The notes: generated by a model from the letters alone, not told the origin. 39,246 nt of DNA from Octopus sinensis (GCF_006345805.1 NW_021835683.1:1-39246), one strand, 5' to 3'. Positions 22,990 through 34,293 are shown, counted from the stretch's first letter. A program made the numbers and translations.

Positions 22990-24930
22990 CATTTATTCAT
23001 AGAGTGCTCTATGAATTTTATGATTGTTGGTGCAACAAAGTAGCACCAACAATCATAAAATTCATAGAGCACTCTATGAATAAATGGCAAACAGTCCTAC
23101 ACCTCCAAACAAAAGAGGGACTCATGAAAACCAAAGACATCCCCATTAGAAGAGGAATATTCCAGGGAGACACGCTCTCTCCACTCCTTTTCTGCTTGGC
23201 ACTGTCACCTCTATCTGATATGCTAAATAGAACTGGATGCGGATATAAATGTTACGGCAAAACGATCAGCCACCTTTTATATATGGATGACCTAAAACTA
23301 TACGCTGCAAATGACAAACAGCTGGAAACACTATTAAAGACAGTTCATGGATTTACCAAAGAAATAGATATGAAATTTGGATTAGAAAAATGCGCCAAGT
23401 AACCATGAAAAGAGGAAAACTAGTTAAGAGTAACAACATCACACTAGATAAAACCAATGAAATAAAAGAATTAGACCAAAGCCAAACTTACAAATACTTA
23501 GGAATCCATGAACTAGATAAGACACAACACACACAAATGAAAGAGAAAATAAAAAAAGAATATTATAGACGAGTTAGATCATACTAACAACAGAGCTCAA
23601 TGCTAAAAACAAGATAATAGGTATCAACACTTTAGCTGTCCCAGTTATAAGTTACAGCTACAATATCCTTAACTGGACACGAAATGAACTGTCCAAAATA
23701 GATAGGAAAACAAGAAAAATACTGACAGGATCTAGGATGCATCACCCCAAATCTGACATAGAAAGACTATATATACAAGGTATAGAAGGTGGTAGAGGCC
23801 TTATACAGCTGGAAAACTACTATAAAATAACCACCATAGGACTGCAAAAATACCTACTTCAGAAGGAAGGAAAACTGATCCAGATAGCAGCAAAACACGA
23901 GCAAAACAAAAAACTGTTCTCAGTATTTAAGGAAGCTGACAAATACAAACAAGAAATCATACCACCTAATAAACAAAGAAGAAGATGATGAAGAAACAAC
24001 AAAAGCTATAAAACAAATGAAATCCAAACTAAAAATAGAACAGCAACGAGCCATGATAAAACGATGGCAAGAAAAACCCCTTCATGGTAAATACTGCACT
24101 AAACTAAACGCAAAAGAAATAGACAAAGAAAAATCCCAGCAATGGTTGAGAAGCTCAGGACTCAAAGCAGAAACAGAGGGATTTTTAATTGCAGCACAAG
24201 ACCAAAGCCTCCCCACCAGAAATTACCAAAAACATGTAATGAAAAGAAATATTACAAGTAACTGCAGAATATGTGGAGATGGACAAGAAACAATAAATCA
24301 TATTATCTCTAGCTGCCCAGTCCTGGCTAAGAAGGAATATATTCACAGACATGACAGAGTTGGAACCTACATACATTGGAAGCTATGCCAACATTATGGA
24401 ATAACAACAGAAAAAAGATGGTATAGGCACACACCAGAAAAGGTCACAGAAAACGAGAAAGCAACCATACTCTGGGATATGCCGATACACACAGATAGAG
24501 AAATTAAGGCCAACAAACCAGATATAGTTGTCAGAGATCATGAAGAAAAAAAATGCTTTCTAATTGATGTATCAATACCGGCAGATGACAACGTGTCTCT
24601 AAAAGAAATGGAGAAACTCTCAAAATACAAAGACTGGAAATAGAGGTAACTAGAATGTGGAACCTGAAAACAGAAACAATTCCTATCATAGTAGGTGCAT
24701 TAGGCATGATAAAAAAATATTCAGACAAATACATAACAAAAACACCAGGACTTACAAACACATATAACATACAGAAAATTGCACTACTAGGCACTGCACA
24801 CATCCTACGCAGAACACTTTCCATACAATAACCATCAGAGCATCACAACAAATCACAGCACATACCCAAGGCACACAGAGCTGCGCTCGGTAGTGAAGTG
24901 AAAGCACGCTATAAAAATAAAACTACTGAA
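22990..24930 (+). mobile_element. 5'-truncated R4-clade (Dong/Rex6-like) non-LTR retrotransposon: C-terminal RT, CCHC knuckle and restriction-like endonuclease, four frameshifts
   Basis: GIFQGDTLSPLLF and YMDD (RT); CRICGDGQETINHIISSC; RHD; KPDIVV..DVSIP..EKLSKY (RLE); stop at 24829-24831; (TAA)n on both sides. Confidence 0.92.
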
Positions 24931-24952
24931 TAATAATAATAATAATAGTAAT

Positions 24953-25445
24953 AAATGCCCTGATGCAATACCAGATAGTGGTTCTCATGACTTCTTATCT
25001 TAACTGATTGGAGGTGCTATCATGTACATTGTTTTGTCTTTGTATAAAAGATGGGCTACAGCAAATATTCTGCTCAATACCACAGATTTGCTTGTCAGTT
25101 GTTTGACCTTAACCAGTTGAGCATGTCCCTTAGGGGCTGACGATATGTGCATCTCTGATCACGAGCAGACGTAGTGGGGGAGCATCATAGTCATGCGTTG
25201 AGAGGAATTCTTTGGGGTTTGGATAATTCCCCTTTGGAAACATAGGTATTTCATTCGACATCCTCAAGTAACCTTTATTGAAAGACCTTTTGAGTGGGAT
25301 AGGCTACTCGACATGAAGGAAATTCTAACTGGGCCCCACCTGCAAGGTCATGCGCTATTTATCTTGATATGAGACCACTATGTCGCGCACATATGGTTGT
25401 GATGCATGTGCCTGGTGGACCCTTATCAGACGGGTAGTCAGGATG
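24953..25445 (+). mobile_element. Element E, 5' end intact and 3' truncated
   Basis: Starts AAATGCCCTGATGCA right after the Dong (TAA)n tail, as at 14322. Confidence 0.8.
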
Positions 25446-25597
25446 CGTATAGTAGGCTTCATTGCCCTCCCCTCTCTGCCTCTTTCTTCTCTTCTTTTCT
25501 CCACTCTTAAGGAAAGAAAATCGATCGTATATATAATTCCTAAATGTTTTAAATGAATATAGACCGTCTAGTTTCATGATCCCAAGTTGCATTGCAT

Positions 25598-25917
25598 TGA
25601 TAAGCTCCAATAAGAGCGAAATAACGTTGCCTACAGCCAGCTACTAGGACATCCAAAACGAGAAAAAAACCTGAATTATATGGAAATATCGTTTCATATG
25701 TTCTTCCTCTCACCCTTAAAAAGACATCGCATAAAGCAAAAAAAACCCCAAAAAACTAAAAATAAAAAAAACAGAAAAAAGCCCTGAGCGTTTCTCTCCC
25801 CTCGAGGGAAATTTCTCTCTCTCTCTCTTCTATTTCTTAGCAAACTCTCTTTCTTTCCGCCTCTTACTCTGAAAGCAACCATAGATGGCTGCACCAGCAG
25901 AAGCCAATCAAATTTCA
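25598..25917 (+). mobile_element. Element F copy 2 (TG...CA), possible 5-bp TSD
   Basis: Flanks TGCAT and TACAT (one mismatch); colinear with 21786-22072. Confidence 0.55.
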
Positions 25918-25939
25918 TACATATCTATTGATATTTAGG

Positions 25940-26750
25940 ATATGTGTAAGTGTATGCATGTGTGTGTATGTATGTGTCTTTGGGTTTATGCCTGTTTCCA
26001 CTCCTGCTTGACAACCGGTGTTGGCTAGTTTACCCTCCACCTTAACGTAGCAATTCGGCGAAAGAGACCGATAGAATCAGTACCAGGTTTTAAAAAGCCA
26101 TAATAAGGGCTGAGGCCGATTTGTTCGACTAAAACTCTCCTGCTTGACAACCGGTGTTGGCTAGTTTACCCTCCATCTTAACGTAGCAGTTCGGCGAAAG
26201 AGACCGATAGAATCAGTACCAGGTTTTAAAAAGCCATAATAAGGGCTGAGGCCGATTTGTTCGACTAAAACCCTCCTGCTTGACAACCGGTGTTGGCTAG
26301 TTTACCCTCCAACTTAACGTAGCAATTCGGCGAAAGAGACCGATAGAATCAGTACCAGGTTTTAAAAAGCCATAATAAGGGCTGAGGCCGATTTGTTCGA
26401 CTAAAACTCTCCTTCTTGACAACCGGTGTTGGCTAGTTTACCCTCCATCTTAACGTAGCAGTTCGGCGAAAGAGACCGATAGAATCAGTACCAGGTTTTA
26501 AAAAGCCATAATAAGGGCTGAGGCCGATTTGTTCGACTAAAACCCTCCTGCTTGACAACCGGTGTTGGCTAGTTTACCCTCCACCTTAACGTAGCAATTC
26601 GGCGAAAGAGACCGATAGAATCAGTACCAGGTTTATAAAAAGCCATAATAAGGGCTGAGGCCGATTTGATTTATTCGACTAAAACCCTTCAAGGCGATGC
26701 CCCAGCATGGCCGCACTCCAACGACTGAAACAAGTAAAAGGTTAAAAAAG
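25940..26750 (+). repeat. Family B 3' half with five tandem 136-bp units
   Basis: ACAACCGGTG anchor at 26011, 26147, 26283, 26419 and 26555; B tail at 26690-26750. Confidence 0.92.
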
Positions 26751-27013
26751 AATCTTTTTTTGTACTGATAAGAATTGATGACTTCTTCGACGTATGATGA
26801 AAGAGATGAAACATAAACAGCCATTCTGTCCCAGCTTTTGATTAATGATTTGACGGAGTGATGATAGATAAACAAAATAAATTATTGATGACAAAACTTA
26901 CTTTCTACAACATTTCCCGTGTCAGCTTGTAAAGCCTTGCTTTTTTTTTTTAGCCCAAAATACTAAAAACAAAAGCCACCCCCCCCCCCCAAATAAAACA
27001 AAACAAGAAATAA

Positions 27014-27176
27014 GGCGCAGGAGTGGCTGTGTGGTAAGTAGCTTGCTAAGCAACCACATGGTTCCGGGTTCAGTCCCACTGCGTGGCATCTTGGGTAAGT
27101 GTCTTCTGCTATAGCCCCGGGCCGACCAATGCCTTGTGAGTGGATTTGGTAGACGGAAACTGAAAGAAGCCTGTCG

Positions 27177-27274
<98 letters not shown>

Positions 27275-27490
27275 TTGTGTGTCTGTGTTGTCCCCCTAGC
27301 ATTGCTTGACAACCGATGCTGGTGTGTTTACGTCCCCGTCACTTAGCGGTTCGGCAAAAGAGACCGATAGAATAAGTACTGGGCTTACAAAGAATAATTC
27401 CTGGGGTCGATTTGCTCGACTAAAGATGGTGCTCCAGCATGGCCGCAGTCAAATGACTGAAACAAGTAAAAGAGTAAAAGAGTAAAGAGT
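27014..27490 (+). mobile_element. Full-length family B SINE (reference copy)
   Basis: tRNA-like head, central (TA)n, GGGGTCGATTTGCTCGAC, tail (AGTAAAAG)n. Confidence 0.9.
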
Positions 27491-27518
27491 ATATGCAAAA
27501 AAATAAAAAAAAAAGAAC

Positions 27519-27890
27519 GGGTGCAGACATGGCTGTGCAGTTAAGAAGCGCGCTTTATGACCACGTGGATTTGAGTTCAGTCCCATCGCAAGCCATGTTA
27601 GACTAATGTCTTCTGCTACGGCTTCGGGCCGACCAATGCCTTCTAAGTGAATTTTGTAGACGGAAAATGTGCGGAAGCCAGTCATGTACATAGTTTGGAT
27701 GATGATATGAAGATGGTATAGAAGATGGCACACACACACACACACACACAAACACACATACGACGGGCATCTTTCAGTTTCCGTCTTCCAAATCCACTCA
27801 CAAAGCTTTGGTCAGCCCGAGGCTACAGAAGACACTTGCCCAAGGTGTCACGCAGTGGGACAGAACCCAGAACCATTATTTGGGAAAGTA
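27519..27890. mobile_element. Two family B 5' halves in opposite orientation (27519-27690 plus, 27729-27890 minus)
   Basis: Both match the B head through AGACGGAAA. Confidence 0.65.
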
Positions 27891-27898
27891 GGCTAGAC

Positions 27899-28287
27899 GA
27901 TTACATCGACCCCAGTGTATAACTAGTATTTATTTCATCGACCCCGAAAGGATAAAAAGCAAAGTTGACCTCGGTAGAATTTGAACTCAGAACGTAGCGG
28001 TGGACGAAATACAGCTGAGCATTTCGTCCGACGTGCTAACGTTTCTGCCAGCTCTCTATTTCTTTACTACCCACAAGGGGCTAAACAGAGAGATGACAAA
28101 CAAGGACAGACAAACGGATTAAGTCGATTACATCGACCCAAGTGCGTAACTGGTACTTAATTTATCGACCCCTGAAGGATGAAAGGCAAAGTCGACCTCG
28201 GCGGAATTTGAACTCAGGACGTAACGGCAGACGAAATACGCCTACGCATTTCCCCCGGCGTGCTAACGATTCTGCCAGCTCTCTGCC
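27899..28287 (-). mobile_element. Family A dimer joined near the 5' end of the second unit
   Basis: Junction at 28056/28057 reads AAAGAAATA|GAGAGCTGGCAG. Confidence 0.8.
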
Positions 28288-28309
28288 TTATTCTCACCAA
28301 AATAATTCT

Positions 28310-28515
28310 TTCTACAATAAGCTTTAGGAATGAATTTTTTTTTGGGGGGGGGAGGCTGGTTGATTATATCGACCCCAGTGCGCAACTGGTGCTTATTTTA
28401 TTGGCCCTGGATGGATGAAAAGCAAAGTTGGCCTTGGCAGAATTTGAACTCACAAAATAGAATCTGGTAGAAACACTACTGTGGAGTGATAACGATTTGG
28501 GCCAGCTCGTGATCT
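28310..28515 (-). mobile_element. Old family A SINE
   Basis: ATCGACCCCAGTG...GGATGAAA..AAAGTTG..AATTTGAACTC...GCCAGCTCG. Confidence 0.65.
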
Positions 28516-29126
28516 TACCGTATACCAACCAAAATAATACATTATTTTGTATGACAGGTATATAAACGATTCCAATCTCTAGACAACCTTTATTTAACAC
28601 TTCAATTTTCGGATTCCACACAGTTTTTTTTTTCTCATTTTCCTATTTTCACAAATTTCCGAGTATAATTCAGTGGAGAAATTAATGTTAATGGCTTTGT
28701 ATACGTTGGAGATTGAAGAATTGAACAATATTACTGTTAATGTTACATTTATAGAAACATTGACCATTTTTTATGTTGGAACTTCAGATTAATTTAAGTA
28801 GAGTAAAAACACACACAGACACACACATGCATACACATATCATGGTAATATTCTATTAATTTTTCCATTATATCTTTTGTTTGTAACACTTTGCTTTTCC
28901 GACATGGCTGTTTTTACATTACTTGTGTTTAAAATGTGAGAAATTATTCTAGTTATAAGTGTCGTAGTATCTGATTTAAAAAAAAATGTTAGAACCAGGG
29001 TTTTTAATTGAGTCAAAAACTCGACGGAATTTTGGCTCTCTTCTATAGTGCTTTTTTTTACTAAAGCTACTAGCATGTATTTTGTCATGAAGAAAATTTG
29101 TTGATGTATAAATTAGCTGTGAACAC

Positions 29127-29285
29127 CAGGGGCATAGATTCCAGGGGTGCTGCACACCCATTAAAATTGCCAAATTCATTATAAACACTAACCTTACTCA
29201 TTAATTTAACACAAATTATAATGGAAAACTTTTGTTAGACCCCTACTTGGAATTTGGTGGTAATGGGTGTGGCAGCATACCCAGT
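29127..29285. mobile_element. Possible degenerate MITE with subterminal inverted repeats
   Basis: GGGGTGCTGCACACCCATTA (29144) versus TAATGGGTGTGGCAGCATACCC (29261); no TSD found. Confidence 0.3.
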
Positions 29286-29297
29286 ACAACAACCACC

Positions 29298-29493
29298 GTG
29301 GAGGCGCAATGGCCCAGTGGTTAGGGCAGCGGACTTGCGGTCGGAAGAACGCGGTTTCGACTCCCAGACCGGGCATTGTGAGTGTTTATTGAGCAAAAAC
29401 ACCTAAGCTCCACGAGGCTCCGGCGGGGGTGAGGTATGTTGAACCCCGCTGTACTCTTTCACCACAACTTTCTCTCTCTTTTTTCCTACTTCT
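29298..29493 (+). mobile_element. Family C SINE 5' half
   Basis: Colinear with 21352-21550. Confidence 0.85.
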
Positions 29494-29777
29494 GCCACAA
29501 AGCAGAGAAACCATGGTGTAACTCACTATGGTGTGGTAAACTTTCAGACCCTAGTCTAAATTGCGAATCCTCTGTACCCCAGGATGGTTCAGCTCTCCGC
29601 CCGTTGAAAGCCACCGTTTACGAAAAGAGGATAACAACGTAGCTTTCGCGCCCGTGCAACCGCCAGTCTATCGCGTGTGGTGGGTGGATCTTCAAGTTGC
29701 CACACGCATTCTTAGTAGCTTAGAGTAGGCTCGAATTAGAGATTATTCTTTGTGGCTAATGGCGTGAGTCCTGATTG

Positions 29778-29870
29778 GAAGAAGAAGAGAAGAAGAAGAA
29801 GAAGAAGAAGAAGAAGAAGAAGAAGAAGAAGAAGAAGAAGAAGAAGGAGGAGGAGGATAAGAAGAGAACA
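29778..29870. repeat. (GAA)n/(GGA)n microsatellite
   Basis: Direct inspection. Confidence 0.95.
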
Positions 29871-30235
29871 CAACAACCACCACCACTGGTAAACGAACCG
29901 AGTCAGTTCACAGCGCATCCTAACATGACTGTTGGATGCATGCCTTTCGGAGCAGTTATCTCCTCTTCTGCAACAGAGACCGGAAAGGCAGATGCTGCGA
30001 ACTGACATGAGAGACAAATCCCTCTTATAATATTCCCGGCGTCCTTCAATGACATGTTGAGCTATTCAGCGGTTCACTTCAAATATAATATGGAGTGACA
30101 GCGCCAAGCAGTGGAGTGTATAAAAACAAACTTTCAAACTGTTCAAACATGTTTGAGGCTTATTCGAACTCATAAGAAAGCCATTCGCTGTATTTTGTCA
30201 TGGAGAAAAGTTCTTGTTGTAGACGAATATGTGTA

Positions 30236-30458
30236 CAGTAATACCTCGATTATCGCGGATGTTAACGTTCCAAAACACCCCGCGATGGGTGAAAATCCGC
30301 GAAGTAGAAACAGTACTGTAAATTTTTATTTTTTTTTTATTTTTGTAATTTGTATATATTTATTTTATTATAAATGCAAAACAGTACCACGGAGTAATCG
30401 ACGTAAGCTTAAATAATAAACCGCGATAAGTGAACCGCAACATGGCGCGGGATTACTG
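30236..30458. mobile_element. Tc1/mariner pogo/Tigger-type MITE
   Basis: Ends CAGTAAT...ATTACTG, flanking TA dinucleotides at 30234-30235 and 30459-30460, CCGCG-rich subterminal repeats typical of Tigger MITEs. Confidence 0.8.
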
Positions 30459-30514
30459 TATGTACACCGAGTCAGTTCACTGCAGTACCTAACCAGACAG
30501 TGGTGGGATGCATA

Positions 30515-31296
30515 AGGCGGCGAGCTGGCAGAAACGTTAGCACGCCGGGCGAAATGCTTTGCGGTATTTCGTCTGCCGCTACGTTCTGGGTTCAAATTCC
30601 GCCGAGGTTGACTTTGCCTTTCATCCTTTCGGGGTCGATGAAATAAGTACCAGTTACGCACTGGGGTCGATATAATCGGCTTAATCCGTTTGTCTGTTCG
30701 TGTTTGTCCCCTCTGTGTTTAGCCCCTTGTGGGTAGTAAAGAAATAGGTATTCGTCTGCCGCTACGTTCTGGGTTCAAATTCCGCCGAGGTTGACTTTGC
30801 CTTTCATCCTTTCGGGGGTCGATGAAATAAGTACCAGTTACGCACTGGGGTCGATATAATCGGCTTAATCCGTTTGTCTGTTCTTGTTTGTCCTCTCTGT
30901 GTTTAGCCCTTGTGGGTAGTAAAGAAATAGGTATTTCGTCTGCCGCTACGTTCTGGGTTCAAATTCCGCCGAGGTTGACTTTGCCTTTCATCCTTTCGGG
31001 GTCGATGAAACAAGTACCAGTTACGCACTGGGGTCGATATAATCAGCTTAATCCGTTTGTCTGTTCGTGTTTGTCTCCTCTGTGTTTAGCCCCTTGTGGG
31101 TAGTAAAGAAATAGGTATTCGTCTGCCGCTACGTTCTGGGTTCAAATTCCGCCGAGGTTGACTTTGCCTTTCATCCTTTCGGGGTCGATGAAATAAGTAC
31201 CAGTTACGCACTGGGGTCGATATAATCGGCTTAATCCGTTTGTCTGTTCGTGTTTGTCCCCTTTGTGTTTAGCCCCTTGTGGGTAGTAAAGAAATG
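30515..31296 (+). mobile_element. Family A tetramer (one headed and three headless units) with a single 13-bp TSD
   Basis: GGTGGGATGCATA at 30502-30514 and 31297-31309; ~183-bp period; junctions AAATA|GGTATT(T)CG. Confidence 0.92.
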
Positions 31297-31340
31297 GGTG
31301 GGATGCATATATTTCAGAGTAAAAACGAACGAATTTATCT

Positions 31341-31566
31341 ATTTCTTTACTACCCACAAGGGGCTAAACACAGAGAGAACAAACAAGGACAGACAAACGG
31401 ATTAAGTCGATTATATCGACCCCAGTGCGTAACTGGTACTTATTTAATCGACCTCGAAAGATGAAAGGCAAAGTTGATCTCGGCGGAATTTGAACTCAGA
31501 ACGTAGCGGCAGACGAAATACGGCTACGCTTTTCGCACGGCGTGCTAACGGTTCTGGCAGCTCGTT
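31341..31566 (-). mobile_element. Full-length A1 SINE with 10-bp TSD
   Basis: GAATTTATCT at 31331-31340 and 31567-31576. Confidence 0.88.
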
Positions 31567-32419
31567 GAATTTATCTGTCAACCCATTAGTTCATCCCTAG
31601 CTCAGTTTTCAAAGTATCTTCTCTATTAGGCTTCAGTTACCCAATTGTTAGTGAAATGAGGTGAGCGATAATTGTTGCTTCTTTTGTAGGACAAATTCTT
31701 CGTCGCCATTGACTTAATATGAACTCACGTTTTGTGAAGCAACGAAATTATGACGTCATATCCATTCACCCGTTTTAAGTGCTCGTGTATGCATCCAAGA
31801 TTGTTTAATTGAACTATATTTGCTATTAAACAGATAGATGAACACATCTTTGTGAGACTAAAAGTTGCAGTTCCGCTATACAAATTGACATTTCGTAATC
31901 ATCATTGATATTGCTTAAAACCGCGGAAACACAGGACTAACACGAAAAGGAAGACGACACGCATCATTACTGCAGTCTTCTCTCTCTCTTGAAGAAGAAG
32001 AAGAAGAAGAAAGGCAGAGGAGAAGAATATGAATAAGAATAAGATGGAGGAGGAGGAGGAGCAGGAAAAGGAAAAGAGCAACAACAACGACGACCACAAA
32101 CCATAAGACGAGGAAACCGAAGTCATAATAAAATCTCCGTGAATGATTGGCGGAGAAGAAGAAGGAATGTTATTAGTGTTTTTCAGCTGAAAGCCAGGAC
32201 GATTTGTTAGCGTTCCGTTTATTGACCAGTCCGCAGTATATAACTGCAGTTAAGATCTAAGATTATATGATGACAACAGAGGATTATAAATATCGATTCA
32301 ATGACTTGGAGGAAACTTCTTATCTGTTCAAAGAAAAACTATCGTCCATTTTTAGATAATAACTTCCGATCGCTTTTCAGAAATGAAATTTGCCCTTCAG
32401 AAATTAACCCACTAGTAAA

Positions 32420-33610
32420 GCACATGCACACGCACATACATATACATGTACATATATACACATATACATATGTATACACATATAATTATACATATATACA
32501 CACGTACACATCAATATCTGTATCTCTATCTATTTATCTATTGACAGATAGACAGATATAGGTATAGCTACATATGTACACACGCACGCACATGTATATA
32601 ATACATGCAAGCAATTATGTATGTATGTATGTGTGTGTGAGAGTGTGTGTATGTATGTATGTATGTATGTATGTGCATTTATGTATGTATGTATGTATGT
32701 ATGTATGTATGTATGTGTGTATGTATGTATGTGTGTGTATGTATGTGTGTGTGAGAGTGTGTGTGTATGTATGTATGTATGTATGTATGTATGTATGTAT
32801 GTATGTATGAATGTATGTATGAATGTATGTATGAATGTATGTATGTATGTATGTATGTATGTATGTATGTGTGTATGTATGTATGTGTGTGTATGTATGT
32901 GTGTGTGAGAGTGTGTGTGTATGTATGCATGTATGTATGTATGTATGTGTATGTATGTATGTATGTATGTGTGTGTATGTATGTGTGTGTGAGAGTGTGT
33001 GTGTATGTATGTATGTATGTATGTATGTGTGTATGTATGTGTGTGTGAGAGTGTGTGTGTATGTATGTATGTATGTATGTGTGTATGTATGTATGTATGT
33101 ATGTATGTATGTATGTGCGTGCGTATGTATATGTGTGTGAGAGTGTGGTGTGTATGTATGTATGTATGTATGTGTGTATGTATGTATGTATGTATGTATG
33201 TATGATGTATGTATGCATGTATGTATGTATGTGCGTGCGTATGTATATGTGTGGGTGCGTGCGTGTGTGTGTGTAGATGGATAGATTTAAAGATACATAC
33301 ACACACATATACATACATTCATAAATATATATGCATGTGTGTATGTCTTTCTGTGTGTGTATGCGTGAGTGCGCGCCTCTGTGTGTGTGTGTGCGTCTGT
33401 GTGTGTATGTGCGTGTGTGTGTGTGTGCGTCTATGTGTGTGTGCGTCTGTGTGTGTGTGCGTCTGTGTGTGTGTGCGTCTGTGTGTGTGTGCGTCTGTGT
33501 GTGTGTGCGTCTGTGTGTGTATGTGCGTGCGTGTGTGTGTGTGTTTGTGTGTGTCTGTGTGTGCGCACATGTGTGTGTACGCGCGCACATGTGTGTGTGT
33601 GTGTGTGTGC
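32420..33610. repeat. Compound (TATG)n/(TG)n microsatellite
   Basis: Direct inspection. Confidence 0.95.
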
Positions 33611-34293
33611 ATAATTCTTATGATTCTTAATTTCTGGTTCTGTCTTCAGAAAATATAATTTCTAAGTAAAACACTAAAATAATTCTCTTAGCTTTTTCCT
33701 TTTTTTTTTTTTTCTTTGATCTCTACCATTTTGTTCTTAGGAAGAATAATTCTTCCTTCAATTTCCATCATATATTCTCTCTCCTCCTCCTCCTCCTATT
33801 CTTACTCCCTCTTTCTCTCTTTCTGTCTGTCACTCGCTCTCTCTTTTCTTTACATTAACTTTTCACTGATTTTTCACTACGAAATCGTTCTCTGAAATTA
33901 TTTTTTACCCTCTCTGCGCTTCTAACAATACTTCGAAGTCATATCTTCTTTCCTATTTAAACTAACTTTATTCCTATCTTTTCAATCTTTCCAACATCAT
34001 TACTTCATTTCTTTTGCTTTGGCAGTCTTTCTTTGCTGGAAAATTTTGCTGTGATACAAGTTCGTTTCTGAAGATCTTTCCTCGTGTCTCATCCATTAGT
34101 TTAACTTTTAAAATAATCTCTACCTATTTACATGTTGAAATGCTCTGGTTTCCGGCTATGTTATTTTTCATAATGAAAAGAGGGAAAATTAGTTAATATT
34201 ACACAGAAATGGATAAGCTCATTATTAAAGTACTTCAAATGTTTTGAATTTCTCAAATTTAATTAAGAAATTTAAAGCCAAAAATGTAACAAA

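Noticed and set aside
21786-25917. One LTR retrotransposon bounded by the two F copies
   Set aside because: The copies are too diverged, there is no PBS or PPT, no gag-pol, no shared outer TSD, and the interior is LINE-derived
31749-31760. Perfect CRE palindrome TATGACGTCATA
   Set aside because: A single short motif without supporting context; not distinguishable from chance
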